A stretch of 64,000 bases of DNA from positions 7,936,001-8,000,000 of the forward strand of contig NW_026974140.1 of NCBI RefSeq assembly GCF_037042905.1. Direction: 5' to 3'. The position numbers were made by a program, and so were the translations under genes. This document shows, piece by piece, positions 1 through 12,600 of the stretch. Origin of the DNA: Lytechinus pictus (Eukaryota). The stretch's first letter is position 1. Every line of letters starts with the position of its first letter. The notes under the pieces were generated by a model. It saw only the letters and a program-made list of their open reading frames with translations. It was not told the origin of the DNA and searched no databases.

Positions 1-838
1 TTACTTTATATTTTATTATATGAAATAAAGAATATTTCATTTTTGTTTTACCGCTATGACAATTACACAGAGGAGTCGAACCATGTATATATTTATTATA
101 AAATAGAAAATAGTGTGTGACATCATTGGTGTCCTCATTTGTATTCCAAATGTGCTGTGCATATTACTGTGTTTATAAATGAAAATGAGTCCAAAAAAAA
201 ATCATAAATATTTTACTTCTGATGTTGATACGATTCAAATCATTATACTTGTCAGATTTTTCTACATTTAATCTTATCCAGATGTTGCTGTGGTGGACCC
301 ATTAACAGTCAAATAATATAGATTTACTTGACTCAATAAGCCTATGTGTTTGATTTAGAATTATTAGATACATGTATATTTTTTTACAGAACTATAATGA
401 ATTTAGATGTAATTCATGAATTAATGCACAAATTTAGAATGATCAGTTAATTTGGTTGCAATGGGGGAGAGTGACTTCTGTATGGTGCAATCAACAGATT
501 TGAATGTGCTATGGTAATTCTTGAAAATCATTCATCAAACACATCAAGTTGAGGGCTCTCACCCTGGAGTTAAAGTAGGGAGATGCTTCCTAATTGATGA
601 GGAAGTCATTTATTGAGAGGAAATGTGTAATTTATTACCCCCTAAAATGAGCTATTATAGACAACGGGGTAAAATTCATAACTTCAAAATAGACATACAT
701 CAAGACTGATGCGAATATATCATTAAATATTCGACTGAAAAATTCCTATTCGGATGTTAGTATTTTTTATTGGTGATTCATATAACAAAAATGAAGATCA
801 ACTGAATTACAAGTTGCTATTAAAACGTGTCAAATTGC

Positions 839-2026
839 TTTTTGTCTCGCCTGCATAGCAGAGCGCGGCGGCGGCGTCAACATTGAAATCTTAACCCAGG
901 TTAAGTTTTTGAAATGTCATCATAACTTAGAAAGTATATGGACCTAGTTCATGAAACTTGGACATAAGGGTAATCAAGTGTTACTGAACATCCTGCCTGA
1001 GATTCAGGTCACATGACCAAGGTCAAAGGTCATTTAGGGGCAATGAACTTAGACCATTTTGGGGGGAATCAATATCGAAATCTTAACCAAGGTTAAGTTT
1101 TTGAAATGTTGTCATAACTTCAAAAGTATATGGACCTAGTTCATAAAACTTCGACATAAGGGTAATAGTGTATCACTGAATATCCTGCCTGAGTTTCATG
1201 TCACATAATTACGGTCAAAGGTCAATTAGGGTAAAAAAACTTTGGCCATGTTGGGGTTATTTGGGGAATTGTCATCATAACTTTAAAAGTTTATGAATCT
1301 AGTTCATGAAACTTGGACATAAGAGCAACCATGTATCCCTGAATGTCATGTGTGAGTTTCATGTCACATGACCAAGGTAAAAGGTCTTTTAGGGTCAATG
1401 AACTTTGGCCATATTAGGGGTATTTGAGGAATTGTCATCATAACTTTGATATTTTATGGATCTAGTTCATGAAACTTGGACATAAGAGCAATCAATTATC
1501 CTTGAACATCCCGAGCAAATTTCAGGTCACATGACCAAAGTCAAAGGTCATTTAGGGTCAACAATCTTTGGTGATGTTGGGGGTATTTTTGGAATTACCA
1601 TCATAACTTAAAAATTCTATATATGGATTTAGTTCATGAAACTTGGACATAAGAGCAGCAATGTATCCCTGAATACCCTGTGTGTGTTTCAGGAACATGG
1701 CCAAGGTCAAAGGTCATTTAAAGGTCAATGAACTCTGGCCGTGTTGGGAGTATGTTTTGAATTGGCATCATAACTTAGGAAGTTTATGGTACTTGCTCAT
1801 GAAACATGAACATAAGGGTAATCAAGTATGAATGATAGTTTTGCACAATCCTTAGGTCACATGATCATGGTCAAAGGTCATTTTGGGTCAATGGACATAA
1901 TATTTTATTATCTTATTAATGTTTTCTTCTGTGAATAATTATTCATTAGCTGTTTTTCAAAGGAAGCACTGCTGCTATATTGAATTGCGTAATGCAGGCG
2001 AGACTGCCAGAGGCGTTCCACTTGTT
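839..2026 (+). mobile_element. Non-autonomous Helentron/HINE-like element, family A, with ~6 internal ~163-bp repeats
   Basis: 5' subTIR gtctcgcctgcat, 3' subTIR atgcaggcgagac followed by a short hairpin and cttgtt, T-rich flanks without TSD; homologous to 36066 and 61301. Confidence 0.8.
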
Positions 2027-3115
2027 TCTTTATCATTTTAATATCCACTCTCAATATATACTGTGGATCAGTTTCTTGCTTAAGGATAACATGCCAGGTA
2101 CAACTTTGTGATTTGGGTATTTGATGTGATTTGATATTTATAATGATTGTAGTTGATAGTTTCTTTTATTGTGATTTACTTCTCAATAATACAGAAAGTT
2201 AAGAAGTTTCCCTATTTCAAATATAGTTTAAAATTATTTTAATATCAGATCATATCAGGAGTTTCCCAACTAAGACTCTGTTGTCATCTACGGCTTAAAC
2301 TAAATAGTGGAAACTAGTTTAACATGAAATGGGAATGCTCGAAGCAGCCTTTGAAACAATCTTAAGTGGTAGTGGTCTTCCAAACTAGTTTGGAAATCTA
2401 CCTTGTGATGTAGTTTTGAAGACCTCTTTGCCTCGTTGCCTTGTTGGTGAAGACAACTGTTCTTCAATAAGCGATCTTCGCCTGGAAGTAGGAGAGTGTT
2501 TGCATGTTGTCTGGTTACTCAGTACACACTGTATGTAGAATGCTGCAGTTATAATTTTGGCATGAACCCTGTGACCCCACTGAGAGCGTTTCCATAGCAA
2601 CAAGACCATTTTCCGTTTAGAGGTTCAGGAAGACAGTTTAGGAGATGGTGATGAGGATGCTAGTGAAGCAATCTAAACTGGTCCAGTCCTCAAGAAAGTA
2701 GATGAAAATGGGGTCGAAGAAAGAATAATATTTGTTGACTTTTAATGAGGCTGAAAGGATGTTTTTCTTATTCTTAAAACAAGAAGGATAATTAGCCAAG
2801 GCGTTGTTCCTTCCAATTAGAAGATATATTTCTACACATGAACTTAAAATAATCTGAGATCCTAAATATCAATCTGTCTCTTATTCCCTATGAATAATTA
2901 GTTGTTGTATGGCTTTGATGGAAACATCATTTCCGGGCTGAAAATACATGACAGGTTGTCCTGAAATGTGGATTTAGTCTCAATAGTACTATCTGTACCT
3001 GTACCCAAGTTTTCAAATTCTCCTGCTATTTCTTATCTAGCTAGTTTCTCCTGATCTGCACAGCCTCAAGATTGTTTGTAATTGAGACCCAAATATCAGA
3101 TATTTTGCTGGCTTA

Positions 3116-3505
3116 ATTTATGATAAATGAAAGTTGGGGTAATGATTTCAAAGTTAGTTTGTTTCCAATCAAATGAAATGACCACCAAAGTGTCCGTATG
3201 AATAGATGAATTAATATATGCAAAAGGATTCTAGAAGATATTGTGTAATTGCTGAGATTGGCCAAATTAAAAATGATATAACAGCCAGATGTTGGGTCTT
3301 TTTCCAAGCAATAAACAATATACTGTCCCACATGTGCTAATCTGTGTTGGCAATCTTCAGTGTAATCATTCTTCATCTTAGATTTCAGGATTTTACAAAG
3401 TTCAACTGCATCAGACCTAAATTTATGATTATATAAACATTGTTTTTTTAAATACTGACTTTCTCAGGAATAAGTGTTTATTGCATCTACATACATTTAC
3501 ATTTT
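3116..3505 (-). mobile_element. Diverged inverted copy of the TTAA MITE at 52115-52509
   Basis: Reverse complement aligns by eye (ctcagcaattacacaat, acactttggtggtcatttcat, tttgaaatc). Confidence 0.7.
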
Positions 3506-4889
3506 TATCATAGGATTATTTGCAAAATAGCGTGCTGTTTCTTAAAATTTAATAGGTAACTAACAGACACAATTATCAGATATTTTATATTCTTTAACAT
3601 ATGATTATTAACAAAATAACGTGCTGTTCCTTTAGATGCACTCATATTTCTGCTCTCTTTTCTTCATTTTATCATACCATTCCATGGCAATTTATTCAAA
3701 CATAGAACCATTCTTTGCAGCCCAACATCATATTCCATGCTCAAGCAAGAATCTTTTCTCGATGGGATTTTGGAGATGGGGTTTCTTGAATCTAAAGAGA
3801 TATTACTAAGAAGGCTGATTTGGCTAGAATCTTGAAATTGGACAAACTCTGCCTGACGAAGCACCATGTAAAATGGCCAGTGATAGACCTAAGAATTGTA
3901 AAATACTGGCTGGAAGATAATAAAGTATTGATTTAGTGGTATTTATAGTCTGCTTTATGGTTCCATTGCTGATATACTTGGTCATCAGTTTTCATCAGTT
4001 GCTCCTCATCCGTAGAATTCTCTACTAATTCAACTTCGTAATTGTCACAATAATAAGACCTTCAAATCTGAACTAAGGACCCAGCTTTTCCAGCAACTTT
4101 GTGAATAATGTGTGACATAGTGGGGAGTAGGCACCACTGAATATTTTTTACAGGTAAATGGCACTATATGAATGCTGTTCATCATCATCAACATGCTTAT
4201 TAGGTGAAACTTTTGAAAAAATAATGAAATAAATGTACACAAGGACTAAAATGTGTGTACGGTTTTATCCTCATGCCAAAAGTTTCATATTTATAAATCT
4301 TTTAATCTCCATTTTGTATTTGTTTTTTTTTTTCATTACAATATACATTTAATCTTAAGAAATTGAATTATAGGATTATCGTTTCAAGCAGTTGATGAAG
4401 TTTCTTATGTCTGAAGGGGGTTTTCACACCAGATGTTTTTATCAGTAGCAACAAGTCAAATAAAATGTTATTCAGTAGTGAAGAAGGGCAAGGACTCGTA
4501 AAGCACTGCAAGTTCCATACTTGGTGCATTGTACGTTTCCCTGACTAGTATACCATTATTAATGTGATTTCAAGACATGATATAAGGAGATGAAACTTCT
4601 TGTGATATTGAAAAATATAGTTGTGTGTTTTTCTGAAATGAAGAATTCTTAAAAGTTTGATGAACAAATAATTCATGTAGTATCTCAAAAATGGCTTAGA
4701 AATAAGATGGCAGAAGGATCGATACTGGAAAGGTTCATAGACTTTTGAACAATTTTATTGGTCATCAAGAAATATAAATGCATAGTTATTCAATGAGAAG
4801 AGCAATCATCTGTCAGTGTAATCTTTTCAATCCTCTAAATGATGGCCTCCTTAATCCACCCAGTCTACATTAATCCAACCCAAAGGTGG

Positions 4890-4970
4890 TAAGAAGAAGA
4901 AGAGGAAGAAGAAGGAGAAGGAGGAGGAGGAAGAAGAGGAAGAGGAGGAAGAGGAAGAAGAAGAAGAAGG
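4890..4970. repeat. (GAA/GGA)n microsatellite
   Basis: Directly visible. Confidence 0.9.
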
Positions 4971-7900
4971 GGTAAGGGTAACTGTTTGGGTCTGCCTTGC
5001 ATTCTGCCCATGGAACGTAGACATAACGGCTTGACGTCACAACACACCATGTAGCCTTTATCAAATTAAATCTAATTCCCAGAAGCTTATTGTATAGAAA
5101 CAGTATTCTTGCCTTATTGCCCTGTTATATGACCATCACCTTATTTACACTCCTGACCAGGGTGGTTGATGGGAGTGTAATTGTTTTTAACGATAGCCTG
5201 ATTATGGTTCGCTATTGTTATATCAGTGCTCTGGTATGGTAAATGGATAAATGCTCTCGGCTGGAGCTTGATCAGGCATTTCATTTTCAAAGTGGACCAT
5301 TGAGAGAGTCGGCTTATATTGTTTTTGCATTATGATTTACTTGGGTAATAAGTTCCCTGAGGGATATTTCAACACCTCTTTGTGTGTCTTTGACACTTGC
5401 TAACACTTCTTCAGTTCGCTGCATTGGTAAGTTCTACTCCATAAAGCAGTATACAAGGAGAATGGATGGATGACATTTTTGGGAATGGATTCTTTCCTGG
5501 TAGTGATATCACTCACATGTATGTCTTGCGAAAGCAAAGCTATATTCTAGATTCCTCCACACTCATCAAAGTTTTTCTGACAGTAACTTAAGAAACCTAC
5601 TGTACATTGCCACCTGTAGCAAAAGCTTCTAACACATTGTTGAACCACCAAAAGACATATGTCTCTTGAGCTCTTGTACAGTATCTTTATCCATCAAGGA
5701 ATAATAAAGCCTCCTGACTGATTATGTCACCCTCTTGCCAAATTTTCAACGGTATAAATAGAAGCCCAGCATCCACAGTCGTTGTTCTCCCTTTCACCGA
5801 ATCAGTTGCAGCAATAATCAGATTTGACAGGTTGGATATTTGTAATATCCTCCCCTTACGCGACAGAATTTAACCGTAAACTTGACTTGAACTAATTCCT
5901 GGACGAGTCATGCAAACAATACCTATGGGTAGGTATATCATCTGATCAAGCCTGTTGTAATGGGTTTAAGCATTCCCTATTCGACAGGAAGTGGCCGCTT
6001 TTCGCGATGGTTTACGGTAGTAATACACTGGACAATGGCAACCGTACTTCTTATCGTTAGAGAGAAATACATTGGACAACGCTTGTTGAAATGCTGATCT
6101 GATCTTGTGAGAACATATTAGTTTCCTGTAGTAGTCCTTGGCTGGTAGACATCTGTCAATATACAGGAAGTATTTCTTTTTTACCTTTCTCAAGACATTG
6201 GACGCTGTCCTGAAGATATCATAACTTGTCAAATCATCTGGATTTATATTTCTATCCTGCAAGTTGGAACTGAGATTTATCATGGTCAATGTTTGTGCCT
6301 TGTCTACATATTTCCTCAAGTATGAATATTGGTGGATTGTCTCGAAGAATCTTTTGTTATGTTAATGTTGATGATGTCCTTCAAGAAATTGGAAGAGTTT
6401 TCACCCCGGATATCATCAATACAAATTGAAGGACTTTGTTGAGTCACTGAGTATTTAAATGATAACAAAGCAAAGATGAGCATTCTGTAGTAACAAAAAA
6501 AAAACAATCGGCAGCAACTTGTCAGTGCAGTTGTAGAATATCTTTCCAAGGTTTCCAAACTCCTATGTAGAAAGTAAATCAACTGTAATATGATGATCAA
6601 TAACGGTTCTGTGAAACGGAAAAACAACAGACGGAATATGCGTGTAATGCATAATACTTGGGCACATGATTATCAGTTTGATGTAAGTTTCCAAATGCAA
6701 CCCCCTTGTTGCTGTTTTTGGTTTTGTTGTACAAAAATAACTTAGTTGTCTAATTCTTTTTCCTTGCAATAAATAAATAGTTACTAATATGGAAGAAAAA
6801 TTTGGGACAGTTGATATCTCAAACTGCATTTGTAAGCACTCATAGCAAATGACAATGTGTTGGTAACAGATGTTACACAGAAGGTGATGATGTGAATTAA
6901 TGTCATATACTAATTTATATGGATTGTTCAGTATACAAACTATCAAGGTATTTGAATAATCTGTTTTAGTGCCAGGAAAAATTAATTAAAGACCTGTTTG
7001 TAAGTGATATTATGCTTAAATTCAGTTGCACATTTTCATTGGGGGTTTTACTCATCAACCACCCAAGATCTGTTAAAGTAATATCAATGAAATAAAAGAA
7101 AAATTGCTTGATATAAGAATAAGCATAGAAATGGCATTTCCTTTGCTATAGTACAACACTTAGTTGATTACTCATATTTTGATCGAATTGCGATTGTATT
7201 AACTTATTTATTTCAATATAGAGATATCATTATTTTATTTGGAGTGATAATAGTAGAGTATGACTTGAAATTCTGGACTCTGTATATATTTAGTGGATTT
7301 TCCCATATGAACGTTTATCATAGGAGACAAAAGAAAGACTCACCATTGTGGAGATGTTTTTATCATGTACATGTCTTTCAATAAAATGAAAGAATACTAT
7401 GAACATGTGGCTCATACAGATGGTAGAATACGTAGTGGCCTGTATATTAAAATAAAACACCAGTAATAAAGTTTACAATTTGACTTTTCAACATTGCTTT
7501 TTTGCTTCCATTTGAACTAAGTCACTGTACCAAAATACATGATTCAAATTGCAAAGAAGTAATTAATTTTCCATATACTAGATGTCTTACCATTTCACTA
7601 TGTTGACCACCACTGGCTTTTCATGCTCTTAATTTGTAAATGTTATGTAACTTTTTCTTCATATTTTTGTTAGTTATTTCAAACAAAAATATTTGTTTAT
7701 AGGTACATGTGCATTTATAAGCCAGTGGAGGAAACATATGTATACATCGTACATGTACATCATAAACTAATGAATTGAAATTGATTTGACTTGACTTGAA
7801 TTGAATTCAAATATTTTTTTTTTAAAGATTGAATTAAAACAAAGTTGAATGTCTACTTTGCAGTTATCTCGAGGGACAGGTAATGTGATGAGAGACAAGC

Positions 7901-8426
7901 TGATAAAAAGCAGTGGTGGATGTAAGTATTGATTCTCTATTCTATCAATAATATATATAGTGAAAATATAAATTGGCATATTATATAACACATTATTAAC
8001 CGTATCAGACATCTGAGCAGGGCAACTTTGAAACATTGTTGCCTGCTTAAGACTGGGATCAAATGGCCGGTCAATAAAATTCCAATTGTTTATCCACGGG
8101 CCCAATTTATTGCCCGCTCAGGAAAGTCAATGAGAAAATGCGTGGAAATGTAGCGGGCAATAAAAGGCAGCGCTAATATCCGGGTATTTTACGCGTGCAA
8201 ACGCGTCCTTGAACCGCGCAGTGCTATACGTCATAATGGTAATCAAGTTAAGACAACGCTGGATACTGCGTCCCTAGGCCAGGGACGCGTCATTTCAATT
8301 ATGTCACAATGGTAAAGTTCAGAGGCCCAGTCTGCTCAACATGATAAACTAGATTCTCATTCTAAAAATTTAAAATATCTAAATTTTAACGATTTTCGCT
8401 CTAGATGTCTGATTTGGTTAATAATA

Positions 8427-8563
8427 GCAATATTGACTGGCCTGGGGGCGAAAGGACATATATCGCCCTCGCTAAATAGATATCACCCTCGTCTACGACT
8501 CGGGCGATATAAATCTAGTTTGGGCGATATATGTCGTATCGCCCCGAGGCCAGTCAATATTGC
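8427..8563. mobile_element. Short fold-back (hairpin) element
   Basis: gcaatattgactggcct.ggggcga...tcgcccc.aggccagtcaatattgc arms, with inner acatatatcgccc/gggcgatatatgt arms. Confidence 0.75.
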
Positions 8564-8677
8564 TTTATTATTATGACTTTTTTACTACTTCACATTACTT
8601 TTTTACTTATATGAGACTAAATGATAACACAATATTATGACATTTTTTACTACTTCACACTACTACAACAACAACTT

Positions 8678-9380
8678 NNNNNNNNNNNNNNNNNNNNNNN
8701 NNNNNNNNNNNNNNNNNNNNNNNNNNNNNNNNNNNNNNNNNNNNNNNNNNNNNNNNNNNNNNNNNNNNNNNNNNNNNNNNNNNNNNNNNNNNNNNNNNNN
8801 NNNNNNNNNNNNNNNNNNNNNNNNNNNNNNNNNNNNNNNNNNNNNNNNNNNNNNNNNNNNNNNNNNNNNNNNNNNNNNNNNNNNNNNNNNNNNNNNNNNN
8901 NNNNNNNNNNNNNNNNNNNNNNNNNNNNNNNNNNNNNNNNNNNNNNNNNNNNNNNNNNNNNNNNNNNNNNNNNNNNNNNNNNNNNNNNNNNNNNNNNNNN
9001 NNNNNNNNNNNNNNNNNNNNNNNNNNNNNNNNNNNNNNNNNNNNNNNNNNNNNNNNNNNNNNNNNNNNNNNNNNNNNNNNNNNNNNNNNNNNNNNNNNNN
9101 NNNNNNNNNNNNNNNNNNNNNNNNNNNNNNNNNNNNNNNNNNNNNNNNNNNNNNNNNNNNNNNNNNNNNNNNNNNNNNNNNNNNNNNNNNNNNNNNNNNN
9201 NNNNNNNNNNNNNNNNNNNNNNNNNNNNNNNNNNNNNNNNNNNNNNNNNNNNNNNNNNNNNNNNNNNNNNNNNNNNNNNNNNNNNNNNNNNNNNNNNNNN
9301 NNNNNNNNNNNNNNNNNNNNNNNNNNNNNNNNNNNNNNNNNNNNNNNNNNNNNNNNNNNNNNNNNNNNNNNNNNNNNNNN
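8678..9380. other. Assembly gap (N run)
   Basis: N characters; flanked by a (CTA)n repeat. Confidence 1.
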
Positions 9381-9389
9381 NATACACTA

Positions 9390-9457
<68 letters not shown>

Positions 9458-9475
9458 TTACTACATACTACTACC
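9381..9475. repeat. (CTA)n microsatellite
   Basis: Directly visible. Confidence 0.95.
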
Positions 9476-9584
9476 ATATATATTTCTATAACATTACTAT
9501 AAATTTTAGCTGTGAGAATGACATTTAATTACTTTAATCTGTGAATTATGGATAATATTGTATTCCTTCCTTTTACATCTTCAG

Positions 9585-9658
9585 TGGGGTATTCCCAATC
9601 TATGCGTGAGAAAACAAGACCAAACTCAATCCTCAATTCAACTAAACCATTCCAACCG
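9585..9658 (+). CDS. RhoGEF exon (GYSQSMREKTRPNSILNSTKPFQP), phase 1 to 0
   Basis: Pyrimidine tract + ttcag acceptor, ccg|gtaaga donor, open frame compatible with the next exon. Confidence 0.65.
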
Positions 9659-12600
9659 GTAAGAAAATATTGAATATTCTTCAAGTTTGTCTAAATGCTC
9701 TTTTTTTAAAAACCTAATTAAAGGGATGGTCCAGGCTGAAACTATTTATAGCTTAATAAATAAAGTAGAATTCACTGAGCAAAATGCCAAAAATTTCATC
9801 AAAATCGGATAACAAATAACAAAGTTATTGAATTTTAAAGTTTAGCCATATTTTGTGAAAAGAGTTGTCATGAATATTCATTAGGTGGGTTGATGATGTC
9901 ACATCCCCACTTGTTCTTTTGTATTTAATTATATGAAATTAGGTTTATTCAAATTTTTTCCTCCAAGAGCTAGAAAAATTGGATTGACAACTGATTTAGT
10001 GCATTCGATATTTTTGCTGCAACTGATTTCATTATAAGGGAGACATATTATTCACACAAGTATGAAATAATTATGATTCTATGTAATAACATAAGAAAAT
10101 GGAAAGTGGGGATGTGACATCATCAGCCCACCTAATGAATATTCATGACGACTGTTTTCACAAAATATCGCTAACTTGAAACTTCAATAACTTTATTATT
10201 TGTTATCTGATTTTGATGAAAATTTTGGCATGTTGCTCAGTGAATTCTATTCGATGTATTAAGATATATTTTCAGCCCGGACCATCCCTTTAATGAATTC
10301 GAGCATTGAAAGTTAATAACATTTAGATTTACCCAAACTTGAGAAAGGATATAATGCTTTAGATCAATCAACTAGTAATGAAATTAAGTGAACAGAGAGG
10401 CAAGTATTGTTTTATAACAAGATGGCAGCATGATAAACAAAACCCAATATGTTGTATTGATTTTTTTTGCCTGAAAACTATAGATATGGTAGACAGCTGT
10501 GTCCTATTTTTGTTGCATGGCAATGAGTATATTGTGAGCAAATTCTCATGGCATTAAATCAATACAAATTGTAAAAATTTGGGATGAAAGCTCTGCTGAA
10601 CATACATATAAATCATCATGTACTCTGTATTTGACGCAATAATGATGTAGACATTTTTATTATGGATTAGTTAGAATACGATATCTCATGATGTGAATAT
10701 CTGGATATGAGCATGGTGGATATTTTCAGTGGTGGATTATTGAATACGCTCTATTAGTCAAGTCTGATTTGATTTGGTTATGCCATGGAGCGTAGCTGGG
10801 CTTGGCATGATGTCGATGAGGTAAGATATTATAGGCATCATTCACATATGTCAAGGAAAATCATAAACTTATCTTATCTTAAACAGATTAAATGGATGGA
10901 TAGTGAAATGGATGGAAGCATTTGTGTAAAGTGCATGCTCCTGAATATTGTATTTGAAATCAGTAATTGAAATAGACCTAGTAAGATTGGAATGCTTTGA
11001 GTACTACATGTATATTTGTTGGATTTGGATTCTCATTAGATTGAAATATGTCAACTATCATCATGGAGTAATTATTGTTAGCCTCATTTGTTAATAAATG
11101 CAAAATCACTTGAAAATCAGTTACATGTGAAGAATGAATAGGAGGATGGTGGATCTACATGTACAGTGTATGCAGTTCTCAGACCATTGATGTTCCTGAC
11201 ATATGTATATCAACAGCATGCCTGAAAGTTAAAATGTCAGGCTAGGTTGTTCACAGATGAATGCTTGTTTGCTTGTTGTATACCCCTTTTGAAATGGAGG
11301 AACATACACTGTATGTCATTGTGCAACTTGCAAGGGTGACCTCCCTCCTCTTGAAAAATGGCAAAGTACGTAGAAGATAAGCTTCAATCCTCAGGCAGGC
11401 GTGTAGCCAGGGGGGGCGGTCGCCCCCCCCCCCCAAACGCCCCCAAAAAGAAACAAAAAGAAAGGGAAAAGGAGAAAAAGAAAAAGGAAAAGAAGGAAAG
11501 GGAAGAAAGGTATAGCTTTATTTTTCCTTCTTTTTTTGTCAAAATAATAAAACCTAAAGGAGACGTTCTTCGATCTCTGGATCTCTTCATACAAAATTTT
11601 GCTTCTGCGCAGATTGCCATTCCCTTTTGTTTCCCACACCTTGTTTTTACTCTGTTTTTACCCTTCTCGGGTGTGGGAATCGTATATTCTTGCCAAAAGT
11701 TATAAAGTATTCATGGATGTAAAGAGTATGAAAAGTTTTTTTTTTTTCATATTGCATTGACACAAAATTTTGGCTCTTCTGTTCGGAGCGGGTAAACATT
11801 ACGGATTACCATCTTTCCCCGAATCCCCAAATGCTATTTTCTTTCGCTTTTCAGCAAGTATTTTTTGGCAAAACATCTGCTCAAAGGGGTGGTCCAGGCC
11901 AGGTTTAATTTATATCCACTAGATAGACAAAAACCTTCTTTCCTATACTATATTTTTTTTAAGAAATAAGAGGCACAGTTATTTTTTATTGAATTTTCAA
12001 TTTTGCCAAAATCATATTCTGGCACGAGTCTGTACGATCCCAGAATGCAATGCGCAGCTTTTTCTGTGACGTAGCATCTCCACTTTGGCTTCGCTGGCTG
12101 CTGCTACGAGCGCGAGCGAGCTAGCTAGCTAGCTAGCTATCGCTCGTACGTATGCGTATAGATCATCAGCGCCGGCCGCATACGTACGGTATTAGCTACA
12201 TGTAGTTTTCGACTTGCATTGATTGCAGCCACCGTCGACCCTGTAATTCACAATTTGTTTGTTTCTCGCCGTTTATTTCATAATTTGAACAATTAATATG
12301 TCGGGTCCTGCAAGATATGCATTCCAACCAAGGTGGAATGCGGAAGAGTTGGAGAACCGTCGAAGAATAGAAGAAGAAGAGGTGGAGGAAGATCCGATCG
12401 TACCGCAGCCAGCGGCCGATCGAGTGGGGAGAAATGACTGGTGTCGGTGCGGGAACTGCCCGGTGATGCCGACGGCCAGAGAGAGCATTTGGTCCTCGCA
12501 AACGACTCTACTCGCGTTATATTTGTATGTTTTTATGTCAAACTTGTCAGTCCCAATATTGTGAAGCCACTGGGCACATCTCTCTCGATCTCGGATCGGA

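Noticed and set aside
3113-3376. 87-aa ORF (and 52111-52452)
   Set aside because: Both lie in copies of the same non-coding MITE and do not share a conserved peptide
8621-9502. Long ORFs spanning the N run
   Set aside because: Artefacts of the assembly gap and the (CTA)n microsatellite
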